A stretch of 64,000 nucleotides of DNA, from assembly GCF_026571515.1 (NCBI RefSeq), contig NW_026858232.1, positions 1 to 64,000 on the forward strand, in the 5' to 3' direction. A program made the position numbers and the translations under genes. This document shows, piece by piece, positions 39,101 through 62,952 of the stretch. A model generated the notes under the pieces. It did no database searches, was not told the origin of the DNA, and saw only the letters and a list, made by a program, of their open reading frames with translations. Within the stretch, counting starts at the first letter, position 1. Every line of letters begins with the position of its first letter. This DNA comes from Ruditapes philippinarum. Taxonomy: Eukaryota.

Positions 39101-42100
39101 TCTACATACATGCAGCGACTTCTATGCTGTGAGGCATAAGGTTAAGGATGTCAACTTCCAATCACTGGCCGCCCTACTAGTTCTACAGTATTTTCAACTT
39201 ATGTCATGGACCGATGCATTTTTATGCTCTCCTAAGAATGAGCACATATGGAGCATATAGTCTCCTCCGTGTTTCATGTAAGGAAGTTACATGTACCCAG
39301 CTAGCTTATGATTGGTTGTTGGTTCTTCTTGTGTGCAAATTTGTGATTAATATACAAAAGGGAGCTTCTAATAAAGCTTGAAACTTGTCATATGACATTA
39401 ACACACTGTTGGCTGAACTAAAAGCTTTTGTCAATATCAAAATTCTGAATAAGCTAGCAATATTGTGTGGTCAGACTGTATAGATGTGCCTTTTAGTGGC
39501 CTGATTCTGTATTGGTATCACGGACAAGTTGTTATTGCTGCTGGTCATTGGAGGATTAACTTTTCCAGCTTACGCATTTATTTCTATGGGACAGCAGATA
39601 TGCATTTGTGTAGCCGTCTTTACTTAGTTGAACTACAATTCCATAGGATGTGTAGGCTTGCGTAGGCAGTAAACTTAGGCTAGGTGCTGTTTCTGAGCAC
39701 TGGTTGAATGAGAGATAAACGTCATGCTAATTGGTAATGGTGGCAGCTGTATTGCTGGCAAATGTAGTTTAAACAGTTGGAATAAAATGTCTAGCCTGAT
39801 TCATTATTCACTTGATCTGCAAAGGCTTTGTGTCATGTTGAAAAAGCAGTAAATATTTTTACAGCAGCAAGTCATATAAGCAGTAGATATATAACTATAG
39901 CTCTTGTGCTTGACTTCGTAGAAGCAAATGCAAGGCTTGCGTTCTTCCCATATGCTCAAATTTTAAGTTGAGAAATGAAGTTACAGTGATCATTTTGTTG
40001 AATTCCTACAGTGTACATGATATTTAGCACAAATATTAAAGATAACATTCAAATATGCACAGTAGACCATCTAGTAATAGAATTATAACATATAGAATGC
40101 CCTTCAATTACAGCTAGTACGTATATTCTTTTACAATTTAGTAATTATTTAGTAATTATGTCAAGAAAACTTGCTTTCAATAACCACCTTGCTCTTAAAT
40201 GAACTTTCATTGGCAGGTTTAAGTGTATTGTATTCTTGCTTTCAATAAGTATCAAATGCAGTTTCATGATATTGAGACCTTGATTTTTGCATGTGCCTGT
40301 GCATATTTTTTTACATTTTTCTGTCTTATTTTGATGTAGGATACTATGTTAGAATTAACCTTAATCAATTTCTTGTAAATATATCTTGTCTGGTAGAAAA
40401 AAGGACTGATTACACTTGGGATATCTTATTCACTAGTTGAAGAGCTTCTTGAGATAATTTGACCATTACATGTACACTCACCATAATTTTATACTGAAAT
40501 AAAATGTATGTTGAAAAGATGTATTGATGTGTTGAGAAACAGAATCTGTACTGATACAGAATCAAAAAATATTTGCTTAGTAATTTCTGATTTGTTATGT
40601 GCGTTTTTAATCACAAACTATAACAAGAGTGTTTAAATGTATGCTCTGGGAAGCATTTTGTAGGTGTTCATGTGTGTGCTGCTATATAATTCACACAGAA
40701 TATTTATCTTGCTTTGAATATATAGAAGTATATATCTCTGCATTGTAACCCATATTAATCAGTCCTGTGTGTCTTACTTTGTATGCCAAGCTGTTTTGTC
40801 TCTTTGCTGTGTATGCATAATTAGGGTTATATAAGATGTATGTTGATAATATTATTGATAGTCAACTTGCAAAAATGTACCATTAAAAGACCATCTATGA
40901 CCTCAATTTTGATGTTAGTAAAACCTCATGATTAATCATTATGATATACTGTACTAAATATATTTGTTGCCTGCATATATTATGGCCAGACTACCTTGTG
41001 CTAATGGCATATCTCAATTGCAATCAGTTATGTCAATTATGTCAAATTTTTCCAAAAGCATCAATCAACAAACGTGTGTTACAAAACTGTAACCAAAATA
41101 GCGCCAAAAACGACTATTTATAAGAAAAGGCGTAGTAATACAAATACTATGGAAACTGTCAAGCATGAAATTAACCTTTAACCTATCAAGGACCAATCAG
41201 AAAGCCTGTTATATATCCATAATTAAAAGATTTTATTTAGCAACAAAATGCTTCAATTTGTTTAAGGTTGAAACCATCTGTTAAACGGTTCAGGTACTGC
41301 AAGATTTCAAGAATTTCTTGATAAAGTTTGACATCATTCTGTGTGGCACCAGTCTGATTATTATCTATACCTGTATCCTCCATTGCTAAGGATGCTTTTA
41401 CCTGTCTTAATAGCTAACAGAAAATACATCTTATTACATTTTCAATTGAATGGTAATTGAGCCGTCATTGACAAAGTGGTTTAGGTCTCTCACTTAAGAC
41501 ATCTTTTACCAAACCATGTCCAATGTTTGACCATGTTTAAGTCCAATTTAATTCTTATGTGAAGAATCCATCCAGCTTGCTTAGTAATGGTCTGTGGTTT
41601 AACTTGAGTGCTCCTGCATATATCTATAGAAGCACATCTTGAGGTGATGGTTGAAAGTGTTCATGTGATATTATCAGTGATTTATTTGCAGTGTTCAGTG
41701 TGCTTTAAAAGTTTTAAAAACGTAACAAAGAAATTAAAAATGGTTTGCACGACATTGATCAGGATAAAAGTCCTTTGCTAGAATCATTATACAAATGAAA
41801 GTAAAAGCATAAATTAGAAATATATATCAAAGCTAAAATAACACACTAGTAGCTTGGAATATGGTTGTTATAATCGGCACTCTGGGAATGTAGGTGTTTA
41901 CTAAACATAATAACCAGTACACCCTTGTATTGGGTGTAGATCATAAATGATACTGTTTAAATTTCTATATCAGAGAGGAAAAACATAAACTCATGCCACC
42001 ACTGAAAGAACTGAGACGTTCAATGAGCGAAAGCTCTGTGTAAAGGTAAATCAAACAAAGTAAATCGGATAAAATACATTAATGGGAGTAGGAGGAAACT

Positions 42101-42812
42101 CTTACAATATAAATGTTAAAGGAAGTGTCGATATAAACTGGGCATACATGTATAATTAATGGGTTATGGTGTCTATTAGGTGGAAGTGTGTACCTCTTGC
42201 AAAGGTTGTGGTATTTGGCCAATTTGGGGTGTTTGCACTTAATGAAATTAACTTGAAAATTCAAGAAAGAGAAATACTTTTCAGGTCTTTGCTTTTATAA
42301 CTGAGTCTTTTGATAATGGAGTGCATATTGTAGGAATGATGCAACTGTCTTTCAATAGTACTCTTCTTTTTCACCCACTTAATATTTTAAGAAAATTTTT
42401 GCCAAATTGGTTTCTGGTAGTTTGTTGACCTCCTTTATGTGCAAAATTACACTTGCCCATGAAGATTTTCATTTAAAAGAGTAAAATATTTCATAGAGCT
42501 TATGTGCTTGTTGAAAAAGCGTAATACTTAAGATATGGAAAAATTGGCAATGACATAATTTTGTGGCTTTGAATTTTTTATTTTTTTTTATAAATTCTCT
42601 TAATTTTTTGAGAAAGAAAAAAAATGCAATTTTTGACCATAAAAGGAGACCAATGAAGACATCGGATATGAACACTTTTACCATTATAATACATAAAATC
42701 ATTCTTTATTGTAACAAGAATTTTCTTTTGTCTTTTTTACAGGTTTGGTGACAGAACTGGTAACATTTCCAAGAAACCAAGTCATTTCTTTAACTCGCCA
42801 ACTGTGGACTGA
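27058..42812 (+). CDS. RACGAP1: Rac GTPase-activating protein 1 (MgcRacGAP/CYK-4, centralspindlin subunit); 18 coding exons, 1896 nt, 631 aa
   Basis: Manually spliced GT-AG exons with consistent phases: 27058-27139, 27857-27998, 28530-28590, 29073-29212, 29650-29842, 30147-30291, 31931-32018, 32688-32787, 33169-33214, 33595-33689, 34278-34331, 34724-34788, 35558-35621, 36149-36260, 36700-36805, 37401-37651, 38304-38385, 42743-42812. N-terminal coiled coil ([18 protein letters not shown]), C1 domain ([26 protein letters not shown]), RhoGAP domain with arginine finger GIYRVPG and [14 protein letters not shown]-terminus TPRFG..FFNSP. Confidence 0.96.
27363..27636 (+). mobile_element. 5'-truncated CR1/L2-group LINE 3' end
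   Basis: From 27366 translates [27 protein letters not shown], matching the SFFPRTI..WN.LP C-terminus of CR1/L2 ORF2; ends in a (GATGTA)-like microsatellite tail. Confidence 0.75.
27857..27998 (+). CDS. RACGAP1: RACGAP1 coding exon 2
   Basis: [16 protein letters not shown]...[10 protein letters not shown]; AG/GT bounded. Confidence 0.92.
28530..28590 (+). CDS. RACGAP1: RACGAP1 coding exon 3
   Basis: [20 protein letters not shown]; phase 2 to 0. Confidence 0.88.
28860..28992. repeat. Palindromic (foldback) repeat, related in inverted orientation to 47362-47485
   Basis: gtgtagattcaatactaaatttatt ... aataaatttagtattaaactacac arms. Confidence 0.5.
29073..29212 (+). CDS. RACGAP1: RACGAP1 coding exon 4
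   Basis: [14 protein letters not shown]...RERLAFLS...SPPKR. Confidence 0.92.
29425..29535 (+). mobile_element. tRNA-SINE 3' half (bivalve SINE family; related fragments ~2190-2240, 7705-7752, 34400-34440, 41560-41710)
   Basis: gggcacctgaggtcttcctccaccagtaaagctgga..gccaaatgacc..gacgtaaaacccaaaacaaacaaa tail; motif repeated in window. Confidence 0.65.
29650..29842 (+). CDS. RACGAP1: RACGAP1 coding exon 5
   Basis: [27 protein letters not shown]...[15 protein letters not shown] (basic region). Confidence 0.92.
30147..30291 (+). CDS. RACGAP1: RACGAP1 coding exon 6
   Basis: [25 protein letters not shown]...[13 protein letters not shown]. Confidence 0.9.
30343..31530. mobile_element. HINE/Pearl-like Helentron derivative with ~6 x 163-bp internal satellite (RACGAP1 intron 6)
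   Basis: subTIR AGCTCGACTA / TAGTCGAGCT, (GGCGTC)n microsatellite, units starting cataactct at 30538, 30701, 30863, 31026, 31189, 31341; terminal hairpin GCTGTC..GACAGC-TCTTGT. Confidence 0.88.
31931..32018 (+). CDS. RACGAP1: RACGAP1 coding exon 7
   Basis: [28 protein letters not shown]; donor gtaagt; phases fit both neighbours. Confidence 0.82.
32688..32787 (+). CDS. RACGAP1: RACGAP1 coding exon 8 (C1 domain start)
   Basis: [33 protein letters not shown]. Confidence 0.92.
33169..33214 (+). CDS. RACGAP1: RACGAP1 coding exon 9
   Basis: [15 protein letters not shown]; donor gtaagt. Confidence 0.92.
33595..33689 (+). CDS. RACGAP1: RACGAP1 coding exon 10
   Basis: [32 protein letters not shown]. 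Confidence 0.92.
34278..34331 (+). CDS. RACGAP1: RACGAP1 coding exon 11
   Basis: [18 protein letters not shown]; donor gtaagt. Confidence 0.9.
34724..34788 (+). CDS. RACGAP1: RACGAP1 coding exon 12 (arginine finger)
   Basis: [22 protein letters not shown]. Confidence 0.94.
35558..35621 (+). CDS. RACGAP1: RACGAP1 coding exon 13
   Basis: [21 protein letters not shown]. Confidence 0.92.
36149..36260 (+). CDS. RACGAP1: RACGAP1 coding exon 14
   Basis: [37 protein letters not shown]. Confidence 0.94.
36700..36805 (+). CDS. RACGAP1: RACGAP1 coding exon 15
   Basis: [35 protein letters not shown]. Confidence 0.94.
37401..37651 (+). CDS. RACGAP1: RACGAP1 coding exon 16
   Basis: [27 protein letters not shown]...[11 protein letters not shown]...TPQTPE. 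Confidence 0.94.
38304..38385 (+). CDS. RACGAP1: RACGAP1 coding exon 17
   Basis: [27 protein letters not shown]; donor gtaagt. Confidence 0.86.
42743..42812 (+). CDS. RACGAP1: RACGAP1 terminal coding exon 18
   Basis: Strong polypyrimidine acceptor; [22 protein letters not shown]-stop matches the family's C-terminal FF.SP motif. Confidence 0.86.
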
Positions 42813-44520
42813 TGGATGAACACTTTGTGATCAATGTGATTAATTTCTGTAGACTTTATATATTAAATCATGATGGAAAAAAAGAAACTATGAGAAACAA
42901 AAAAAATTATTTAAACACACTGTGACCTCTGACATAACATACAAAATTGCTGAATCACCAGGAGTAAGCAGTGATTTCATTGGTCACTTTAATCTGGTAC
43001 AAATGATTATATTGGTTGGTTAGTGGAATTCATACAAATGATTATATTGTTCACCTGGTATCTTATACAACTGTGGAAATACTCATTAAGTAAAAAGAAA
43101 AAGGTTCAGGAGTTATCTTCAGTAAACACTATACCCTTCTGTGTTTATGTAATAACTGTGTTTGCTGGTTTTGTAACTGCTGTAAAAATAATTTTGTATA
43201 TTTTTTTAACAATTTTATTTAAAAAAATAAAAATAAAAAAAAGGAAAATTATAATTTTGTTAAAGCAGCTCGCCTCCTATAATATCAATTTTTTTATCAG
43301 TCACTTTATTTTAAGGTAGACACTAAAGAAACAGGCATACATGCTGAGACAGCTGCTTTAATGACCTGTATATAGGTTAATGATGTAATATTATGATTGG
43401 CAAAATATTTAACTTTTGTAACTTTTATTTAAAGCATATCAGATGTGTATATCCTTTTAAAGAACACACCAAATTGGTTTCAGGCTGAATGCACCAATGA
43501 GCATGGCAAAGAAATTCAGATTTTTAAATTAGTTTTATTATTGATTAATTACTGGAATGGAACTTCAAATCAATTTTATGAGTTACAAGAACTTCTCTAT
43601 AGTCTGGTGCACAGTTTTAGGCAAAAGATTTGCAGAAAGTTTTAATGTACTTCAGGTAGTTAATGTTATAAGTAGAATTAGCTATATTTTGTGATGTACA
43701 CATTAAATTAACAATACTAGTATTTTATATTTAAAGGTACTCCTCTGAGGTTAATAAGCCTCTTACATAAAATTTGAATTTCTTACAAAGATCAACTAGA
43801 AAGTTATGCTTAAAGATAATTAATTAAGAAATATCTTTAAATCTTATTTTTTGTGCTATTCTTTAGTCAGATTTTTGGTCTTTTTTTTCACAATTAGAAT
43901 AATGTAATGTGAATATAGAAGTTAACTCTATTGTTTTATAAAAAACACTATGTTACAACTCAAGTCTTCATCTTTCACAATAGAATAATTATTCTGGAAA
44001 AACTGAGTGAGCCAATGATCTGAATTTTTGTATACAAGTTATTTGATGAGACTTCCAATGACAAATGACTTTTAGACATCAAATGGAAAATTTATCTTGA
44101 AAAATTATTTCCAGTCCCTGCATGTGAAAAAAACAAACTTAGTGGAGTTCCTTCTAATTAATTAATTAAAAAGAAAATGCATTCTAATTGAATCCATACA
44201 GCTTTAATCGGTTTTGATGATTGCTATAGACAGCACCAACAATTATTTGTCAAAGAGGTCTGTTGAGGAAAGACAGCCCTTGTTCATCCTTACTATCCAA
44301 GGAAGTGAAAACCAATTTGTTGTAATCTTTATATATATTTATAATTATATAATGCATATTCATTTTGCTTAATGTATGTGACATAATTTACCATAAAGAA
44401 AACAAAAAGAAAACATAACTTCTATCTAATCATGGTAGTAATTACATATGTGATGCTAAATATTCAAATTCATTCAATAAAAGAAATAGAGAAAAAAAGA
44501 TAGGTCATACATGCATAAAT

Positions 44521-44656
44521 GAGCAACGTAACGACAAAACCAAAATATTGGGTTTGCGACCAGCATGGATCCAGACCAGCCTGGGCATCCACACAATCTG
44601 ATCATGATCCATGCTGTTTGCAAACCCATTATGTTTGTTTTGTCATGACGCGGCTC
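44521..44656. mobile_element. 136-bp foldback MITE, GAG..CTC termini, 4-bp AAAT TSD (Sola-like signature)
   Basis: AAAT|GAGC..tgggtttgcgaccagcatggatc ... gatccatgctgtttgcaaaccca..GCTC|AAAT. Confidence 0.75.
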
Positions 44657-45649
44657 AAATGTTTTTTGTTATTCTAGTCTATTTTGTATGTTGGTTGATT
44701 GGTAAGTGTTTGTAACGATTATTTCCGTGTCGTCTTGCAAATAAATAATATGGAATTGTGGTTAAAGTTTGCTCTTGGAAAATTGTTTTTTTTAAATAAT
44801 TTCAAGCTAGGAATAAGTAACAGGTTTTTTTTTATTCTTCTTAGCAAATCATGATGTTCATTGACTTCAAATTTTGTACTAACAATTCTGCACAGTTTAA
44901 GTTAATTTTGGTATTTTTTTTTTATATTTTTTTTGAAGAATAAGATAATTCATTTTGGTAAACAAAAAACCCCAAAGAAGAAGGATTATAAATAAAATGA
45001 TAATAATTATAAGTTTCTCTTACAATGTTCAGAATTTAATCAAGCATATGTAGATTATACATGTATTTCTTTCTGTTCTGACTATGTAACGCACAACCAT
45101 GTGTTATTTACAGAAATTAGGATTTTTTATTAAAAACAAAAACAAAAAAACTTTTCTTTACAAAAGATAAGTTGTATGAAGATTGGTCTTTTTGCAGGAT
45201 ACTCAAGATTGAAAAAATGAAATTGATAAAGTTTTAACACAGATAGGTTCTTTTTCTTGTTAAAAAATTTACTTAACAGTTCAATTTGTTAATTATTGAA
45301 GTAGGGAAGATCTTTTAAAGTGACATAATGTGTTGATAGAATTTATAACTGGAAATTATGATATTTTTTTTAAATTTTTAATGGTTTTATGGTATTATTT
45401 TATGATACACTGAAATAGTTACTTCCCCTGTTTTCACCTGTTTTATTCTTACTTTCGTTCTTACTCTTTATTGACATAATAAAAGATATTTTTACATGAT
45501 GAACAATTTTGGTTTTTATTTTCCTGTCAATTCTGTTTTGTTTTTCTTATCATTATTCATGAAAAATATCCAGTGGCAAAAAAAGAACAAACAAAAAAAA
45601 AAAAAAAACTTTTTAAAGTCATTGCAATACTTTTCATCTTTAGGTACTG

Positions 45650-46075
45650 GCATTTGCACCTTTCCCCACCTTCAGAAAGTGGGTAGTGTTTTGGGATTGT
45701 ATATCTGTCCTTCTGTCTGAAAGTAACATCCTTTAATGCTTGTCTGATCTGATATACAAATTGTGAAGGAATTAACCCTTGATTTATGGAACTTGATACC
45801 GCCATTAACCATGGCGAGAACATGAGGACCCCCTATGACTTTTTATGTCAAAGGTCAGTTACAGTGTTAAATAATAGTAGTAAGCCTAATTTTAGCCTGT
45901 TTATTCAGCATTGCCAGTAGATGGTCTTTAAAAATTTTGAGGTAATAAGGTCAGTGGTTAAGGTTACATCCTAATCTTACTAGATGAATACCTTGTGAAA
46001 CATTGTAGGAAAGTTACCCATGCCCAGAAGAAAACCCCTTTTGACATTAAGGTCATTTGGTCAAGGTTGTCTGGG
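45650..46075. mobile_element. Degenerate HINE-like fragment
   Basis: Terminal hairpin CCCAC-CTTCAGAAA-GTGGG, (CTGT)-type microsatellite remnant, repeated aaggtca motifs. Confidence 0.45.
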
Positions 46076-46706
46076 CTTGTTTAGCTTGGTAGGATTTGCC
46101 AATTGAAATCAGCCAGTGCCTTTTAAAGTGAGTGCGTAATATTTCTGGTTTCCATGACAAAGGATGACAAAAATTTTCATTTGAGCTTAAAAAAAGAACT
46201 GTCAGTTTGTGTTCTGTTTACACTGATTTTAACACATGACATTGTGCTGGTCATATCTTTTATATATTTTCTGTGCTTGATCCTAGTTTAAGATAGATAG
46301 ATAGATATAATTTATTGACGTATACATATTTGTACATAGTCATAATACAAAACACGTAATACATAAATCATTTAAGAAGCAATAACTGAATGCAAAAATG
46401 ATAGACTTTTTGTCATTGACCTACGATAATAGAACTGAGAGTATAATGTAAGTTTCAAGAAAATCTGAGAAATGAAGCAAGCATAAACCTAATCAAAGTC
46501 CAGTATCCTTTGAAGCATGTAATGATGCACTATCTTTGTACATGTTAGTCATAATAAAATAAATCACCCCCCTCCCCCCCTAAAAAAAACACCCCAAAAA
46601 ACCAATAACAACATTCTATAACCCCAGCACAACAGTGGGGAGTAATATTAATGTATTTAATTGTTATTTCTAAATAGAAACAAAGGAGTAGATATCTTAC
46701 AAGCTA

Positions 46707-46922
46707 ACCGCCTCCGTGGTCCAGGGGTTAGAGTCGATGACTTCTAATCCAGTTACCTCTCTGGCGTGGGTTCGATCCCCAGGAGATGCTTTGGTAGTTT
46801 AGCGCGGAGGAAGGTATTCTAGTACTGATGTAACTCTCCAGGAACCATGGTTAGGAAACTACCCGCCTATATGACTGAAATACTGTTGGGGAAAAGGCGT
46901 AAAATGAAACAAACAAACAAAC
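46707..46922 (+). mobile_element. Full-length tRNA-derived SINE
   Basis: tRNA-like head (GTGGTCCAGGGGTTAG, GGGTTCGATCCC), body, (AAAC)n tail; second family member inverted at 52084-52288. Confidence 0.85.
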
Positions 46923-49060
46923 AGATTTCTTCTACCTTGCAATACTTTCATAAAATGAAATGCAATAAGGATGAAAAACAATGTTTTCTTTCCTCTAAAA
47001 TTCATAATGTACATATTTAACAATGTCAGTGCTACAGTAGGTTTCATGGAGGGATAACATATAACGAAATGCTCTAGTTATTACTTTTATTTCAGCACTT
47101 TCTTTTATCACAGAAAATCAAAACCTCTACAATCATCATCATACAATATTTAATTGGCATAAAATAATGCTTTTATATGAAACACATCTTTGTGAGTAAC
47201 ATAGATTCCAAATTCATATTCTGTTTACATGTTGTACCTCAAAAATGTTCAAATTACAAGTCTCTAAAATGTTGAACCTGAAATCACTTTTGATTCTGAA
47301 TAAATACTGGTCCCAATAAACAATTGAACTTCACATTACTGGTTCAGTTTACACTTCCGTAGATAGATAAAATTGAACGTGTGTAAGTTCAATACTGAAT
47401 TTATTGAACGAGATGAAAAGCATATTATTATATTCAACAGGTTCAATAAATTCAGTAATTAAGCTTCACGAATATAATATTCTTTTAATAAAACATCCCC
47501 TAAATAAAACCCTAAATAACAAGCCCAAATGACATCTCAACGAAATATAGATTTATGGTCAAGCAATACAATTTTTACGAAGTTGCAAATGCAGCACAGG
47601 TATGTGATAATAGCTGGACATTAACAGAAATTCAAATTTTATTTTTTTAGGCTTTTGAACCTCAGGGGAGTTCCTGGTCAAGATACCTTTATAATAACAT
47701 GATTATACTCCTTATATTCAATATAAATATGTATACTATAAATACAATCTCATTCAAATTAGATTGCGAGATGCATTGTGCAATTTATCAACTTCCAACA
47801 CTTGAAAAAAAATGATTACAAGGTAACTAAAAATGATATCCAAGACATGCTTTAAAAGTATCAAAATGGAGGTTAGAAAGCAGAAAAACCTTCAAATTCA
47901 AAAATATGTTTTAAGATAAGGATTTCTTGGATTGGCAAAACAAGAAATAGTATCACTGATAAATACATGTACTGTCAAATATCTCTTTAACAAAACTCAA
48001 AACATGGCCCTTAATTTGAGACAAAAAACTGAAGTTTAATCTTAACAAATTAGTGATCTAATCAGGGCATTTTACCTATAACTACAAATATTACTTTATT
48101 CATTGATAAATGCCCAATGAATGTGCATTAATACATGCAAGATATTCTTCAATAATTGAAAAAGGTACCGGAAATTAAAAATAAACTTGCAACTTTTTGA
48201 TCCAATGAAAATTTTTCTTAGGCCATCACGGAAAAAAACTACCTGCTTTATTTAATTTTACTAGAAAAATGATCAGAAACATCGAGAATACATTTATCAG
48301 TTTTATTCTTTAAATGAGTGAATATGAAACACTTCTTCAATTCTCAATATGAGAAATGTAATTTAAAAAACATTTCAATAGGTAAGTAATGCATACTTCA
48401 CAAAAAATGGTACTTATACCCTTTTTTCATGCATAAATATCTGCAGAAGCCCTCAGACTCATTTAATATCCACCCTCGGGCTTTCCTTGTGCTTCTGTAG
48501 ATGCTAATGCACGAAAAAGGTTAAATAATTATCTATTTATAAATATTTGAATAATTATCATTATACACATAATTTAGTAATTATTTTATATGAGTCAGTT
48601 GTTATCATGATTATTGATAGTATAAATGAGAATAAATCCACATGTAAATTATGGGTCTTGATTACAGACCTTCAAATAAACACCGTCCAAGGCTGTGTAG
48701 ACAGAACTGCATGCACATTTTTACCTGCAATTTTTCTACAGTTACAAAGGGAAATAATTAAGTGAAAATTAAAGTTATGGCCTTGGATAGAAACCTGAAT
48801 AATAATCCTAGACGAAAGTGAAGTTTCAAGTGAATACCTTAATACAATGTAGTAATGGTTAATGTTTTCTTGCATGTCAGACAGGATTATCTACCGTTTA
48901 CATTGGTGCTAGAAAACTCTGTCTTACACCCCCCATGTAAGACAAGTCGCTTGTTTAAAATGATGTCATTCCCACGCGCCTTTTATGAATGAATTGCTTT
49001 CTTTGGATGACGTCATTGCGCCACTATGAATGAAGTTATAAATTTATACGCTACTATAAG

Positions 49061-50124
49061 AAACAAGGGTGCCATAGTCACAAAATACGCCCGTTTACGA
49101 AAAAGCTTTAGATGGAGATGGGGGCATTATGGATAAGTGTTATCTAGCAAGCAAGTTTTTATTCTTGGCACTGTGTTGTTAAATGAACCTTAAAACAAAT
49201 CAATAGGGAAGATATGCACAGAATGTGTGACCTTGACCTTGGTCGCAGGGACCTGAATTTTATGCACGGCACTCAGCCTCACAATGATGAACATTTGTGC
49301 CAAATTATATTGAAATCCCTCTATGCATGTAGAAGTTTTGCTCCAGACAAGTGTTTTTCTATGAGCTCTAACTGTGACCTTCACCTTTGACCTAGAGACT
49401 TGGTTTATGTGCAGGGCACTACGTCTTATTGTGGTGAACAATTCTATAAAAGTTACATTAAAATTCCTCCATGCATGTAGAAAATATGCTCCGGACAACA
49501 TCTGGATATTTAATCATCTCCAGTGACCTTGACCTTGCAAATATTAACCTAAATTAAATGTGTAACACCTGTAGTCATGATAGTTACCATTTGTGCTACA
49601 ATCCATCAATAAATGATGACTAAATGGTCCCTATAACCATCTTCAAATTTTTATCTGAACTTTGACCTCTATGTGTAACCTTGACTTTGGTCGCAGGGAT
49701 CTGAATTTTGCATGCAACACTCAGCCTCACAATGGTGAACATTTGTGCCAAGTTATATTGAAAACCCCCTATGAATGTAGAAGTTTTGCTCCGGACAAGC
49801 GTTTTTCAATGAGCTCTAAGTGTGACCTTGACCTTTGACCTGGAGACCTGGATCATGCATGGAGCAATACATATCATGGTGGTGAACATTTCCATAAAGT
49901 ATTATAAAAATTCTTCCATACATGTAGGAGATATGCTCCAGACAAAATCTGGATATTTCACCATCTTTAGTGACCTTGACCTTGCATATATTGACCTAAA
50001 GTACATGTGTCACATCCGTAGTCATTATAATGACCATTTGTGTTACAATCCCTCAATAAATGATGATTAAACTGTCCCTATACACATCTTCATATTTTTA
50101 TCTTTTTTTAAACGGGCGTATAAA
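49061..50124. mobile_element. HINE-type element with TGACCTTGACCTTTGACC-rich internal repeats
   Basis: AAACAAGGG start, subTIR ATACGCCCGTTT / AAACGGGCGTAT, two ~450-bp compound internal units. Confidence 0.8.
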
Positions 50125-50559
50125 AAGTACATGTAATTTAATAACTAAAAAATTCTGATTTAAGATTTTATTCTAGGGAAATACATTTCATTACAATTCT
50201 TAATCTTTGAATGAGCTGAACTGATATTTACTTGAAAATTAAAATATAATTAAATTTCTATGAGAAAGTATTTACATTTGATAAGGTAATTACTGTATGA
50301 TCTTTATGAACAAATACCAAGTCTACAGAACACCATAGTTATCACAGTTAAGAATCTTGACCAATGAATGAAACATGTGTAAATAAATGTTACATTCTTT
50401 AGAACATACTCAAGTCCAAGAAAGAGGATTATTTCATGCCCTTTGATTAAATTCTATTTTTAGAATTGAAAGTGAAAATAGATCAAGGGGAGTAATTGTG
50501 TAAGTCATTTATGAACAAAGTAATAACTTTGTTGTCTCCCTTTGATTAAATTCTATTTA

Positions 50560-51086
50560 CAAAATCTGGATATTTCATCATCTTTAGTGACCTTGACCTT
50601 GTATATATTGACCTAAATTATATGTATCACAGCCATAGTCTTGATAATGACCATTTGTGTTACAATCCCTCAATAAATGATGACTAAATGGTCCATATAC
50701 ACATCTTCATATTTTTATCTGAACTTTGACCTCTATGTGTGACCTTGACCTTGGCCGTAAGGACCTGAATCTTGCACGCGACACTCCGCCTCACAATGGT
50801 GAACATTTGTGCCAAGTAATATTGAAATCCCTCTATACATGTGGAAGTTTTGCTCCGGACAAGCATTTTTCAATGAGCTCTAAGTGTGACCTTGACCTTT
50901 GACCTAGAGACCTGGTTCATGTGCGCGACACTGCTCCTCATAGTGGTGAACATTTATATGAAGTTTCATTAAAATCCCTCCATACATTTAGGAGATATCC
51001 TCCGGACAAAATTGGACGCCGCCCGCCCGCCCGCCCGCCAGGGGCGTTCCCATAATACGTCCCGTTTTTCAAATGGGCGTATAAAA
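50560..51086. mobile_element. Second (head-less) copy of the same HINE family
   Basis: Homologous to 49880-50100 and 49670-49950; ends with (CGCC)n microsatellite and ATACGTCCCGTTT-TTC-AAATGGGCGTAT hairpin. Confidence 0.8.
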
Positions 51087-51164
51087 AGTGCGTAATGAGA
51101 GTATCAGTTTTCATAATTTCTTTTCCGAAAATAATTGAAAATAATATGCAACAAAAAGAATCAA

Positions 51165-51296
51165 ACACCGGCTGTTGTACAGACCGGAATATCTAGCCTT
51201 CGGGTAACTGTTTAGCGGAAACTCGGCAGAGCCTCGTTACCGCCGTAAACAGATACCCTCGAGCTAGATATTCCGGTCTGTACCGGCAGCCGGTGT
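51165..51296. repeat. Near-perfect long foldback element downstream of ALDH9A1 stop
   Basis: ACACCGGCTG..GTACAGACCGGAATATCTAGC ... GCTAGATATTCCGGTCTGTAC..CAGCCGGTGT arms, centre CTCGGCAGAGCCTCG. Confidence 0.8.
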
Positions 51297-51644
51297 AAGA
51301 TACTTATAGTCTGAAGTTGCATGCAAAACCTTGACCTGCTGAAACTGAGAGTGGTCAGACTTTACCATGTGTATATAGAGGGTACGCCTGAATCTACATC
51401 CATGCAGTCTAACCACGCTCTATACTGTTGATATGGTAGCGTTTTTTTCTTGTTTTTTTTTTTATATCGAAAACCACTTAAACTTTGAATTGACTGTTCC
51501 AAATTCAAAGCCGGACAAATACGTTACATAAATTCAGCAGGTGAAAAGGTTTACCATAGTTATGCTGATTTATAGCCCTTCTATTCTTTGAATAGCCAGG
51601 CTTACATATATATTAGAAACAAAACAATCTATAATGACTGAACA

Positions 51645-62952
<11,308 letters not shown>

